Assembly (NCBI GenBank): GCA_964252035.1
Contig: OZ176212.1
Reading direction: 5' to 3' (one strand)
DNA from: Podarcis erhardii
Lineage: Eukaryota
DNA: 64,000 nucleotides
Shown here: positions 1-13,400 of the stretch, in pieces
Position numbering within the stretch: the stretch's first letter is position 1
Layout: each line of letters begins with the position of its first letter
Made by a program: the position numbers and the translations under genes
Notes under the pieces: model-generated
Databases searched by the model: none
What the model was told of the DNA's origin: nothing
Seen by the model: only the letters and a program-made list of their open reading frames with translations

Positions 1-1017
1 GTCTTAATGGTTGGCGATTTGGGTGTCGGAGCTGGGAAAGGCAGAGGAGACTGAACAAGCACAATTCTGCAAACCCCACTGTAGTCTACAGGAGCAGTGC
101 AAGAATATCGCTTTGCAGCAGACATGAAGGAAGTATGGAGCCTGTTTGTGTACTAAAGGCAGCCCAACTTTGATAGGCAAGGTGAGGCGGCCACCCCAAA
201 TGATTGTCGCTGAGTGAGAAGGGTTGGAGAGACAAGAGTCACTCCATGGGACTCAAGTCCTTCAGGAGGTTCTCCTAGAGCAGCTCCACAGAGGTGCCAA
301 CCTCCTGGACAATTCATTTCAATGGGGTTTGCAGAGAACTTTCTGTGGGATTATGCCTTTGTGCACAGCATGTGTTTCTGTTTGGGGTGCCATTTGCATT
401 GGACTGACTCCTTGAGGATTTTAACTGGAAGTTTCTGAGCAGATCCGGGAGCTTGGGCTGGCTCTTGATGCACAGAAACAGGCTCATTATAAAACAACCA
501 CCACCACCAATACTGCAATGGCTGCACCTGGTAGGTAGGAAAGCAACCAGTTTTGTCAGTAAACCACTTTAGCAAGGTAGTAAATTGGAAGACCAAGGTC
601 CCATGGCCAACCTTCTACCACAAAATAGCTTAGTGCCAGGACCCATTGCCATGGCTTCTGCATCACACTTCTCTATTGAATGCAAGTTGGCAACTGTGCT
701 TGGGGGGGTCGAGGAGGAGGGACAGTTGCCATTGCCCAATTGTCCATTTTCTTCAGAACAATAAGCAAGTCTTTACTGCAAGCAAAGGTTTTACTGTCAC
801 GTTTAACAAATGGGAGACACTGAGAAAGGATATTATTATCTCGGGACTGCAATGTCATTATATCCCAGAAGAGGTCAGGCAAGGGAAGTTTAGAGTGGGC
901 TATTTGCAGCAATTGTGAAGGAACCAGAGCAAAAAAATTAAATTAAAACTGCACCTCTGAAATATTACTTAGATGGATCAGCCTGATTTGACTTTTCAGG
1001 CTTACCACGCCATTTCA

Positions 1018-1023
1018 TTTATT
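1018..1023 (-). terminator. Candidate distal COPZ2 polyadenylation signal (AATAAA)
   Basis: TTTATT on + strand about 340 nt past the stop codon. Confidence 0.5.
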
Positions 1024-1358
1024 CCAGTAATGCAGTTGTTAGGCAGAACTGCCAATTAGCAGGAATTATTGGAGTTGTAGTCCAAAAATGGGAAGGGCCG
1101 TAATAGATTATTCTATTACTTTGTTTACAACACTTTTAATATATACACACACTTTCCCCAGCCCTCCAAAGTTACACAGATGAGTCCCTGGGAAATTAGC
1201 ATTGTCTCCACTTGTCAGAGTCACCAACCAACTTGTACCCACTGAAAGGTTCCATCCTCATCCTTTGGGGCAAATGGGAAGGGCTCACAAGAACAGAGCA
1301 ATGTGAGAAAGTGTAAAAACAAAACTCTCCAACGCCGTGTCTTTTGCTGTGGGTGACT

Positions 1359-1406
1359 TTATTTTAATAAGGACCACTTAATTTGTTCTTTGGCAGACTG
1401 CAGAAC
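1359..1406 (-). CDS. COPZ2: COPZ2 exon 9 coding part ([15 protein letters not shown])
   Basis: Acceptor ...ttgttcatag|GTTCTG; stop TAA at 1361-1359. Confidence 0.95.
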   Translation of the reverse strand, partial: VLQSAKEQIKWSLLK

Positions 1407-4400
1407 CTATGAACAAGTTGGGGGGGAAGAGAGAGAAAATGAGAACAATTAATTGCTTCTGTCTCCAGTGTTTTCCAAACAGGCTAGGCCAAAGGGATGG
1501 GGAATCTGTAGGCCCTGCATTGGGGCAATACAATTAGCCATTCTGAAGTTGAAACTAAAGGGATCTGTTGTTTGCATTTCTTTGCATCTTTACAAGCTTA
1601 TCTTGGGAGATGGTTAACAAAGAGCAAGCCCAGAAATAAATTCACAGGAGCCAAAAGATCACCGGACCAAATGTGACCCTATGAGGCAGGACCACCCAGC
1701 ACTACCACCCTCAAAACACATCCCCTACCCAAATCACCCAAAACACAGCATCTCTCAAACAGAAAGCCATGCATTGTGGAACATGTGTTCTAATAATCCC
1801 GGTCAACAAGATGCACAATGTAGATGCAAGACAACCAGCAGATGCTGTGGTTCAAACCACCCTGTAAATCAGGAAAACATGTGGCCCTTCAGGTGTTGTT
1901 GGACTGCAACTTGCTTTGTGTTGGCCACACTGGCTGGGGCTGGTGGGAGTTGGAGTCCAATTCCCCATTCCTACTGGGAGTCATTTCTCTTGACGTGGAA
2001 GATCTTCCTCCAGTCCTGAATATGCAGCTGCCAATTGCAGTTATACAAAGCCATGGAAAAGGCACTCTTCACGTACTCAAGAGGCATGCTGATGTTTGTT
2101 AGTCTGGTGTCACATCTGCCGCTGCCATTAAAAAAAAAAAAAAGCAGCTCTGGGAGCTAAATCCAGATGAACATTCTAAAGGAATCAAATCTTGGGGAGG
2201 GTCTCAACCTAACTAGCTGAACACCAGGGGGCAGGTGTGTCTTTTAGATGAAGAAGGGGTGATCAGTGAATGCAAAATCAGGCTCTAGGACAGACACAAA
2301 AGTTTGTGGTGGCCCGGGCAACTGGATGCTAAGGACTTCCCAACTCTATCTGAGTTCTCCCTCTGTTTAAAAAAGATGAACTATCATGTCCACAGTAATC
2401 TGATCACAATGTTTAAGCAAACATTGGTGCATATAGAGATATGCCAAGCATTTATGTGTGATGCCCTTTAGTTTCCCCATTGTGGACAAAGGGGATATTG
2501 GGCCCCAGCATGTCCTCTGTCCCTCACTGTAATGTGTCCCTTAGTGCCAGCCCCTCTCCCCTGACCCCCTCCTCGACTTTCTCCCCAGGTATGACGCTAG
2601 ATCTATGAGAAGTGTGCTTGCAGTTGCTAGGCAACATGTGGCCCCACGGAGCTAGTTATGCAAAATGGTGCAGCTGACTGCAAGTGTGCCCTATAGGCTA
2701 ATACAGATTTAAACTGTCTTAATATTCATTCCCTCGTTCTAAGGAATCTTGGGGGATGTAGTCCTGTGCAGAAAGCTGCAAATCTCTAATGAAGAATTCT
2801 TAGCATTCGAATCAAACTACAACCCACGATTGTCAAACTAGATAAAGCCCATATAGATCTGTAGGGTACATGTATGTTGTAAGATGGTAGAGGCATATTT
2901 CACACAAAAAAGTTGTCAAGCTACAAATTGTATTCTCCCATTTCGACAATTTTTCAGGAGGGACTGCAAAACACAGCCAAAATGATCTCTCATTCGGAGT
3001 GAAGGCAGAAAGCATCGCCGTTCATTCTTGCTTAGTATCATCACTTAGCATAATCTGATGGCCTATACAGTATCATCAGGGAGCCTATTCAGAGTGAAAG
3101 CAGAACTCTCTGCCTTCATTCTGATTTGGCTTTGTGAAGCTGTCATGCAGCCATTCCTGCATGAAACCTGATGGCCTCACACTACCTATGCGATCCTTGG
3201 TTGGCTGGTGTCAAAAGCTACAGACAAGGAAAACAAGCAAGTTCAAACAGGCAATGAGCAGCGTGTGGAATAGTTAAGCAAGTGAAAATTCCCACCAAGA
3301 CTCTTTCACCGTGAAAAAATTAAATTGACAAAATTGAGTATACCCCTAATATGCCACAGAGAATTGGGAGATGTAAAAAAATGCTGAAGGAAATAGCCGC
3401 ATATCAGTTAGAATTGGCAAGAGCAGCCACGAAAAAGTAACATTCAAACAGTGAGTAGGCTCAAACATTATACCACGCTCTTCTATCTCCCCCTTCCCAC
3501 CCCAGTTTTGAGGACCTGTCTCCTGGTCCGCAGAACTGCGAACGTCAACTCATTGGGATATTCGAGCATTGATTACGCAGGTCGTTTTTTAGGCAATGGT
3601 TCTTGTTCTATGGATCGGAGCAACTGGGTTAAAATGGGATATATTTTCACAGGCGAAAGCAGCAGCGCAGACTCGAGGGGTTTATGTTGCCAACTACTTA
3701 CTCTAAGGCAGCAGATAAGAAGAGGCAGTTAGTACGGTGTTAGAAGACCTGCCAGGGACCCACCCCCTGTCCTCTTGGTCTATGCCATCAGGATTAACTT
3801 GGAGAAGACGGCCTGTAAGGAGATAGCTAGTGAGATGGGGGGATAAGAAACCTTAGGGGAGGTGGAGCAGAATCGCTGCCAATATTACCAACATTTTTCA
3901 GCCTCTTGTTTGGCTGAACAGGGTCTGGTTTCAGGAAGCTGCTTTCCGGTTTGTGGGAAGAGAAAACAGCGCAGTCTCTCACTTTGTGCTCTGTATCCTG
4001 TACACACTCTCCCCTCCCTCTCTCACATACACACCTCTATGGCCACATGCTGATGTCATGCAAGCACTCTGTGCAAACACATGAGGTAGAGTCCCAATGC
4101 CAATTTTAAGAAAGAAAAGCTGCTTCCGGGCAGACTGGGTACTGAAGCTCTCCCAGCAGAAATTTCCCCAGCAGAGTTTTAATTGCATGTTTGCAAAGGC
4201 AAGGATATGCTTCGCTGGGGGAGAGGGCATGCATGTCTGTGGGAAAATATTGTGTACCACACAGACAATATCCATAACTGTTAGTAGCATGTAAGATGGC
4301 ACACATCTAACATGCTACTAACAAACTCATTATCTGAGTGCAAATCCTTATATAGTCAAAATACACTGCCCATGCACGAGAGGATAGGTATAGGCAGGCT

Positions 4401-7400
4401 TGGGGATACCCAAATATTTTCAGAAACACAGAAAAACCTTGGGGGTTGGAACCAAAGAGGGGTCCCCACAAAACGATCTTAGAACAATTTCTAGACACTG
4501 AGCACACTTAAGTTTTTGTTGGGGGAGGAAGGGAAAACAAGGAGGAAGTTGGGATGGAGCAGGGAGTAGCTGGAATCCTGAAGCGCTGCACTCTGCACTG
4601 CAACATTCTGTTGCGGATCCCACTTGTCTAACTAATCCGCACGACGACACCGCCAGCTGAGAGCAGGGTACCTGCACGTAAGAGAAACTCCAGAGTAGAC
4701 TCACCTGAGTGACACTGTGTTCAGATAAAGAGCTGTCATCCACCTAAAAACAGGCAGGGGAAAGGTGAGGAAATTTAAGGGGATCTGAAGAGCAAAATCC
4801 TGAAGACACAAACAATGACATTTCCTTTAAATATACCACATGCAAGAAATTGAGCAGCTAAAGACCATTATGACAAAATTTAAGAATAAAATGTTGGGAG
4901 AGATACACCCAGGCCAACCCAGGCAGCTTTTTTCAGGGAGATCTCTTGAAGAACTAATTCAGAAACCGAGATGGGGAAAAACTCATCCGGTCTTGCACTG
5001 GCCAGGACAAAAGGTGGGTAGGTGATGGCTTGAGGGGGCAAAGTATAGTGTTTTTCACTCTACCTGCCCCCCTTTGCTGTTACCTCTGACAGCAGAGCAA
5101 CAAGGGCTGCAAAGTTTCTGCACCTGTAACTGGGAGGCTTGTGAGGGCAGATCTCCTTCTTTGCAGGCAGAAAGAGGGATTTGTTTTGTTCTATCCTACG
5201 GCCCCTAGGATGACTTTGCAGGGACCATGGGATTGTATCCTAACTAAATTTACGGACAAACTGGATGCAACACAATTCAGAGAATTATCAATGGTGTGCA
5301 TGACTTTTAAAAAAGCCCACTCCCCCACAATCTGGATTAGGCTCCTGGCAGGGGTGTGGGGGTGGGTGTTAAGGTAGGCTTTAACCCTTTCCCCCCTTCT
5401 GCAGTCCCAATCCAGATCAAATGCCTGCTCTTTGTAGTGAATGGGAAGGGAGCATGAATGGGAGCTTTTCTTCCATAACAACAGCAAGTGCAGCCCCCCT
5501 CCCAAATTCCCACACCAGATTCCTGATCTAGATCAGGCCTCATGAGCCTGCAGTTTGTTTTTTAAAAGCCATTCGCACAGCTGATAATTCTGTGAATGGT
5601 TTCTTCGTCTAGATTGGTCCTTAGTGGTCACCAGATAATAGGACAGGTCCTTTGACAGGTCAGTAGTGGATTAAAGAACAAGGAGAAGGTGGAAGTAATA
5701 AATGGCTACTTTTCACATGGGAGGGAATCTTCACATTGCATTGGGAATAGCGGTGTTTTAACACTCATAAATGATCTGGAGGTGGAAGGAAGCCGTGAGG
5801 TAGTGCAAAATTTTCAGACAACTTCAAATTATTCAAGATGGGAAAATTCCAATTAGACAGACCGTGAAGAATCCCAAAAGGTCTTTTCCAAATGGACAAT
5901 ACCGTATTGGCCTGAATATAAGCCACATTTTTTTCCAAGTTCAAATCGTGAAACGTTAAAGTGTGGCTTATATTTGCAACCTTATGCTGCTGGCAAAGCA
6001 GTGTGGCTCACCCCCCCTCCCCCCGCCGAGGAAGCAGCCCGAGAGCACGGGCACCCATCCTGTCCACGGCTCCCAATCCTCCCCCAAGCTGCCAAATTTT
6101 TAAGGTGTGGCTTATTTGCGGGTGTGGCTTATATTCGGGCCAATAGGGTAACATGGCAAATAAAATTCAATGTGCAGCTAAAGCGGTGTACATTGGACCT
6201 CATTGCTTCCTGCTTGATTATTCTCCCTCCATCGATGCCTCAGCCAGCAGGCAAGTGGTGGCAATGGTGGCACTGAGAGAGGGTAGGAAGAGGTGGCTTT
6301 TAACTCGGTGCAAGACCCTATTCACTGTCCCAGCATCCCTAGGTAAAGATTCTGTCTGACACCATGGGAGATATGCAACCACGCACTGTGGACAACGCTG
6401 AACTAAATGGACCATTCCTCTGACTTGGCTCCTCCTGTGCCTAATTCCTTTAGCTGTTCTTGGGTCTGTTACCAGCCACAGTCACTCAGGAGCTTTTCAC
6501 CACCAGGCTCCTGTGTGAAGCAGGCCGTAAACAGAATCACCCCCATAGCTTCTGGAGGTGGGTACAACACATGCAGAGATAGTTCTGCAAGAGCCCTTAA
6601 GGCTTGGAAGCCAGGCTACTGATATTACATCTCCTCTCCCAATCCTCTTTCCCATCACAGGAGCAAAACCATAGGAATAGCAGCAATATTTAACATCGAG
6701 AGCATTGTTACACTCAAAGAGTTGTCCATGCAGCAAGCTCATGTCCTCCTTAAAAAAAAAAAAACCACACTTGAAAAGGAAACCCAAATATGGGGGGAGT
6801 TTGTGCATATTCTGATGAAGTGGGAACATAGTTTAATACTGCTGTTGACACAGCATGCTTAGAAGCTCACACATACCACATCATACCAGGCACACACATG
6901 CTGCATGTGTATTGCGGCTGACTCATCCTATACAAATATAGGCTACCCCTCTGGCCACTTATTAAAAATCATTTATTTAGCTTTAATTATAGCATCCCTC
7001 CACCCGCATCCTCATGGGATGAAAGACAGGAGCAACCCCTTCGCAGCAGGACACTTACATAAAATGCAATAAAATTGTACCATTTTCTCTTCCCTTAATT
7101 GCAAAAAGTTTGCCATGTCTGCAATGGAAGGCACCCACAATCCTATTGTCCTGCTGCCTGCTGGAGACATTTCTCTTTCCACAAGCCTCTTTAGAGAATT
7201 AATTTGATGCAGTGTTGGTCGTTTCTTAATTTACTTTGAAATTTTATGTTTTAATGATTTTACTGTATACTCTTTTTTTTTAACGAATTGGCAGTTCAGA
7301 AATCCTCTTGTAAAATAAATATAATAAAAAGTTGCATTCCTGGGAGGCAAGGAAGCAACCAACCACTGGTAATACAAAGGTTTTGTTTGTGCCCTATAGC

Positions 7401-10400
7401 AGATTCAGTCTCTTTTGCATCTCCTTGGCTACCTTTGCTTCCTGCTTCTTTACCCAGCCACCTCCTTTCTGCCAACAACATACAATCTCATAGAACCATT
7501 GTGTGTGTGTGTGTTTATAACAACAGCCACTCGATACAAGCTGGCCAGAGATGCGCGAGTGCTGGCTTTACACAGGTTCTGGCCTAAATGGTACCATGAG
7601 ATCAAAATGTCTAGGGCTTTACAGTATCTGGGCTTTTTTTGCTTTCTTGAAATTGTGCCCCCCTCCATTCCTACATGCACACAAGCTAGTTTTAGCCACA
7701 GCCCCCAAAAGGGTCTAGAGGTGTGGGAAAAGCCAGACAGGTAGAAAGGAGAGAGAAAATCTCTGCAGACGATTTGGAATGGGGGATAAAGGAAGCAGGA
7801 TGATTTTAACCCAGCCAGCTGCCATGCTGCATTAGAGCGACGTGCTTAGAAGGAAGTCAAGTCTTACTCCTGGATCCTGTTTGCAAGAACAGTTCGCTAT
7901 TTGTAGAGCCTCTCGGGCAAAATTTCATTGTATTCGGAGTTACCCGTGATGTAATCAAAGAGAACAAAGCCATAAGCTGCAGGTTCCGGGATCGTCTGAG
8001 GTGGAAAGAGGTTCAGGGAGATGAGCAAGGGAATAAAGTGCAGAGATGAGAGAATATTTACAGGAAGGAAGGAAGGAAGGAAGGAAGGAAGGAAGGAAGG
8101 AAGGAAGGAAGGAAGGAAGGACCGGACCACTTACCCTAAAATTCAGCTTCTGGATGACTTGCTGGGCATCACTTTCCAAAATCACACTAAAATGGAGAAG
8201 AGAAATGAAACATCTTGGGAAGGGAGATTTTGATCTGTGTCTCTGGCAAGAACTATGCAGTTGTTATGCAGCTGTTGCGAGGAATCCAGAAGAATTTGGG
8301 GAAGCGATTCTAAAGCACTTTACACTACTGATCCAAATGCAACGTTTTGTTGCCACACACTGCATTTCTTTTAAGAAACAGTTTGTGCAATTGTGGCTGC
8401 AGCTTACTGGCTGTTGTCAGTGATGAACAGGACCATGGCATTCCTTGTGCCATTTGGCGACATTTATTTTATGTGCTGCTGTTTTCTAAAGCCCTGTTCT
8501 CATTTTATATCTGATCTCTCCCTAAGCTGCACCATGGAAGTATAAGAACATTTATGAGAGCCTTTAAAAACAAAAGTAGTAACTCCCACAAAGTTCCTCC
8601 CTTCCTCCTGGTATTTTGTGAAACCTTTTTCATTTCATTTCCCTCAAGCAATGGAGCAATGCATCAACTGCAATTCTGCCTTTTGAAAAGGAGAAATTAC
8701 CTTTAATTGCGAGTCTCTTACTAGTTCAAAAAGTAGGAGAAAACACATCTAATGGGTTGTTTGTAAAACATGAATTAATTGAGCTCACATTTTGTTACTT
8801 GTGTTTACATTTTAACTGGATTCCTTAATGTGATTTAGGTACTCAGCTAGTGTTTGAATCTCAGTGAGTTGGATGAGCTATGGCAGATCCTTTTAACTCC
8901 AGATTTAAAACAAGGTGACACGAGCCAGCTTGCTGAGATCTGCCAAATTAATTCATTTCCCTTTTCTCCCCTTCCACATGATCTCACCCGCCATCAACGA
9001 TCTCATCCACCACAAGGAACACCCCATCCATGTTTTCCATCAGGGTTCGCTTCTCCACATTCTTTCTAGATACAAGACAACACAAGGCAACTATGAGCAC
9101 CAGGAACATATCTACACTACTAGATTTAAACTAGTTTAGGAGTCATTTCTGTGCTGGTCAAGCCACATCTGGGGAACTGTGTCCAGTTTTGGGTGCCATA
9201 TTTTAAAGGAGGACCTTGACAAACTGGAGTGTGCCAGAAGGAGAACAACCAGGATGGTGAGAGTTCTGCAAAGGGGCAGAGCTTCTTGTTGTATTCGGAC
9301 AATAAAAAGGAGTGCTGCCCAAATGATAGCAAAATGGATGGTACGCAAGCCTCCTTAAGGTCAGCATTCCATGGGCAGGGTGCCACTACTGAAAAGGCTC
9401 TCTCCTTCATTGTCACTAACTTCACATTTGATAACAGGGCACCTAGAAAACAGTCACAGATGCAGATTCTTGCTATCAGTTTCTTGGTATTTGAGGAGAC
9501 AGTCCATTAAAATACCCTATAACTCAAGGGGAATAAAAGCTTTTCTGGATAGCAGAAGATACTTTGGGCTTGGAGATACTGTTAATCTGCTATTGCAATA
9601 GACACAATCCACTGAGAAATTCTCAGTGTTTTGCCATTCCCTGTAGCATGCAGCTTCACTTGCTTCGAGCCATCTTATGTTCTTTGCTCTACACCTACAC
9701 TTCTCTACAATACGCCCATCCTCTGTTTTGTACCAAACTATGATCTGGATTGGGGACGCTGGTGGCTCTGTGGGTTAAAACACAGAGCCTAGGACTTGCC
9801 GATCAGAAGGTCAGCGGTTTGAATCCCCGCGATGGGGTGAGCTCCTGTTACTCAGTCCCTGCTCCTGCCAACCTAGCAGTTCGAAAGCATGTCAAAGTGC
9901 AAGTAGATAAATAGGTACCACTCCGGCGGGAAGGTAAATGGCATTTCCGTGCGCTGCTCTGGTTCGCCAGAAGCGGCTTAGTCATGCTGGCCACATGACC
10001 CGGAAGCTGTATGCCGGCTCCCTCGGCCAATAAAGCGAGATGAGCGCCGCAACCCCAGAGTCGGTCATGACTGGACCTAATGGTCAGGGGTCCCTTTACC
10101 TTTACCTATGATCTGGATTACAAGCACATGGCCACACATACTATCTTTGGGCAACAGGTCAGAGCGATTATTTATTTCATCCCCTCCACTTTGTGAGAAT
10201 CTCAATGATTTCCACTGGGATTAATGATGATACTCACCGCAGCATATGGTTGAGAGATTCAAAGAGACAGGTGAGAACGGACATCAACATCAGCTATTAA
10301 AAAGTGGGGCCAAGAAAGGAAGACTCACGTCAACAAAAACAAAATCAAGTGATCTTTTAAACATGTACTGTATTTCTCCCTGACCATCTACTAGGAAACA

Positions 10401-13400
10401 TACAGAGCAGCCAGGACATAGGTTGTTTCCACATAGGGGCCCCAAAGCTTTGAAGTAGCTTTGTTTTTCTGAAATTAGCTGAGAACAGAAGCAAACGGTG
10501 ATTCTACACAACATGTAACATAGCACTATTACTAGGCAATGTGATGACTTTGTGCAATCTTTACTCAGAGTCCTGTCCATTCGTAAAGTCATGTGTAAGT
10601 TTAATTAGAACCCTTCTCCTCGTGGTTTCTACCTATAACTGTTTTCCGTTCAACATTTGGGGAGGGGGAGGAACAGAAATGAAAGGCAATGAAACCACAA
10701 AATAAGAAGTACAGGATATCACTTAAGGCTACATAAGTCACTATTTAGCTCATTTACCTGCTGGCTAAAAAAAAAAGTATTTACCTCATTCTCATGGGGG
10801 CTTCCCACTACATAAAAGAAAAGATCAATGCTGCTTTTATAGACAATAGTCAGACCTTCCAAAAAAGCAATCTCACCTGAGGAAAACAAGAAAGAGAAAT
10901 GATGTTTAGAGAGAGAAGCGGGAAAGCTCTTAGAATCATAGAATTGTATTGTTGGAAGGGACCACGAGGGGCATCTAGTCTAACCCCCAATGTTAAAATG
11001 CAGGAATCTTTCGCTCAGTGTGGGGCACAAACCCACAACCGTGAGATTAAGAGTCTAATGCTCTACCAACTGAGCTATCCCACCTTCGAGAACCTTACAA
11101 CTCTATCAGGCCCTGCCTCATTTGCTTGTGGACTGGTGACCTTATTTCTGATTTATTTTTTATGATTTCTAACAACTTAATTCTACCCATGCTGCAGTTG
11201 TAAATGGATGGAATCTGAGTCAGCCAGGTCTTTTGTGATGGGCTCCATCTGACTGAGATGGAGCTTGTTTACCTTTAAAAGCATGTGCCAGGCTGTCCCA
11301 GAGCTGAAGGGGTTTTCTCTTGACTGCACCCAGAACAGTGTGGCATGGCAGAGTTAGGGACCAAAAGGAGGCCCACCAACGTCCGACTGCAGATAAGGCA
11401 AACACCTTGTCCAACACACACAGGTTTCTAACAGTTAGAGCATACAAGATCTGTGCTTGGCATAACATCTTCTAAGTGGCAGGTTTTTATTTTATTTTTT
11501 AAAGACTGCTTATTCCTCTCCAGATAATGGCTAACATTTCTACAGGAGTACCTATGTGAAATGCAAACCAGTGGAGTGGATTTGTCTTGGGGTAAATATG
11601 TCTCCTAACCAGCAACTAAATTTGCTTTAGGTGTGCAGGCCAAATTCACCCCATACTCCTCCTCCTCCTCCTCCTCCTCCTCCTCCTCCTCCTCCTCCTC
11701 CGTGGTGCAGAAAAAACCTTCTGCAATGTGTCCTCCTCTTGATCTCTCTCCATCACTTAGGCCAGTTGCTGGACCACTCCACATTGCCATCACCTGTCCC
11801 TTTGTCACTCCAAGTGTCTCTTTTCACTATTGGTTGACGGAAATATTTCTGGTCCCACCTGCAGTATACATTTAAAGCAATATCATACCACTTTAAACAG
11901 TCATGGCTTTTCTCAACATATCCTGGGAGCTGTAATATTTTAAAGGGTATGGAGAGTCCCCTATTCCCCTCACAGAGCTATAGTTCCCAGAGTTCCCTAA
12001 TAAGAAAGACTGATTGTTAAACCACTTTGGGAACTGTAGCTCCATGAAGGGAATAGGAGTCTTCTAACAACTCTCAGGGACGCAGGTGGTGCTGTTGGTT
12101 AAACCACTGAGCCTAGGACTTGCCGATCAGAAGGTTGGCGGTTCGAATCCCCGCATCCCCTGCGGGGTGAGCTCCCGTTGCTCGGTCTCTGCTCCTGCCA
12201 ACCTAGCAGTTTGAAAGCATGTCAGAGTGCAAGTAGATAAATAGGTACCGCTCCAGCGGGAAGGTAAATGGCGTTTCCGTGCACTGCTCTGGTTCGCCAG
12301 AAGTGGCTTAGTCATGCTGGCCACATGACCCGGAAGCTGTACGCCAGCTCCCTTGGCCAATAAAGGAAGATGAGCACTGCAACCCCAGAGTCGGCCACGA
12401 CTGGACATAATGGTCAGGGGTCCCTTTACCTTTATAACAACTCTCAGCCCATTTAACAAACTACACTTCCCAGAATTCTTTTGGGGGCCTGTTTAAAGTG
12501 ACATGATACTGCGTTAAATGTACAGTGCAGATATGGTCTCTGTTTCTCAAGGGAAGGAGAAGAGCCAAGGAAATTTATGGTTGAGTACTTGGTGGTACTA
12601 GAAGCTGCTGGTTGTTTGTCTATACTTTAATGGCCACATACTCACTGTCAGTCTTGTGGGTCTTGTTGAAGACATTCCTTTCGAAACTCTTCTGTTCCTT
12701 CATAGATGGAAAGGTGTCATCATAATACTGTGGACAGCCAGAACAAGAGGCTCAAAATAAGGATGAGGCAGCATAGGAGTAGGGAATGGCTAACAAATAA
12801 GAATCACCTCTATCCAGACTTTAGAGCAGGGATTGGGAACCTGTGGTCTTCCAGCTGTTACTGGAGTACAAATTCCAACATCCATGATCACTGGATGTGC
12901 TGGCTAGGATTGATGGGAGCTGGAGATCCCACAACATTCATGTTCACTGAAAATGAAAATCCCCTCAATGTGAAAATTGGTAAAAGCCTGTTAGAGAACA
13001 GTGCTCCTGAGCAATAGATATAGCAATAGCTATCAGGCATGATAGCTAAATGGAACTTCCATATTCAGAGACAATCTGTCTCCAAGCACCAAATGCTAGG
13101 AATAAACAAGGGGATGCTATTAACTTCTTGGCCCACCTGTGAGCGCTCAGAAACACTTGGCTGGCTGTTGGTGTAAACAAAATGTTGGACTACATCAGAG
13201 TTGGGCCCTCAAATTTCTTGGAAGCTCCCACCTCTGGAATCTTCCCTTTATCTCTGGGTTGGAGGGAGAGGGAGTGAAGGTGAGAGAGAGCGAGAGAGAG
13301 ACTGGTCATGGATCTCTTGCCACTCTAGCCTTCATACTCTGCTTTCTCTCTCAACAGTTTTAACAGTCTTTCATGCTCTCGCTCCTGCACTCTATGGTTT

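Noticed and set aside
1-1000. Possible last exons of the neighbouring CDK5RAP3 gene
   Set aside because: No matching peptide found; that gene probably lies outside the window.
7897-8423. ORFs with PSFL/RKEG repeats
   Set aside because: Artefacts of the (GGAA)n microsatellite; only 8135-8186 is a real exon.
11010-11081. tRNA-Lys-like sequence as a tRNA gene
   Set aside because: T-loop and acceptor stem are mutated and it is fused to a CR1 tail, so it is a SINE head. The same applies to 56840-56904 and the Sauria SINE heads.
6917-11224. ARE/NF-E2 motifs (GCTGACTCAT at 6917, TGAGTCAGC at 11216) as Nrf1 feedback sites
   Set aside because: About one such 9-mer is expected by chance in 64 kb, so two is not enrichment.
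11605-11875. Poly-E, poly-P and poly-S ORFs
   Set aside because: Translations of the (CTC)n microsatellite.
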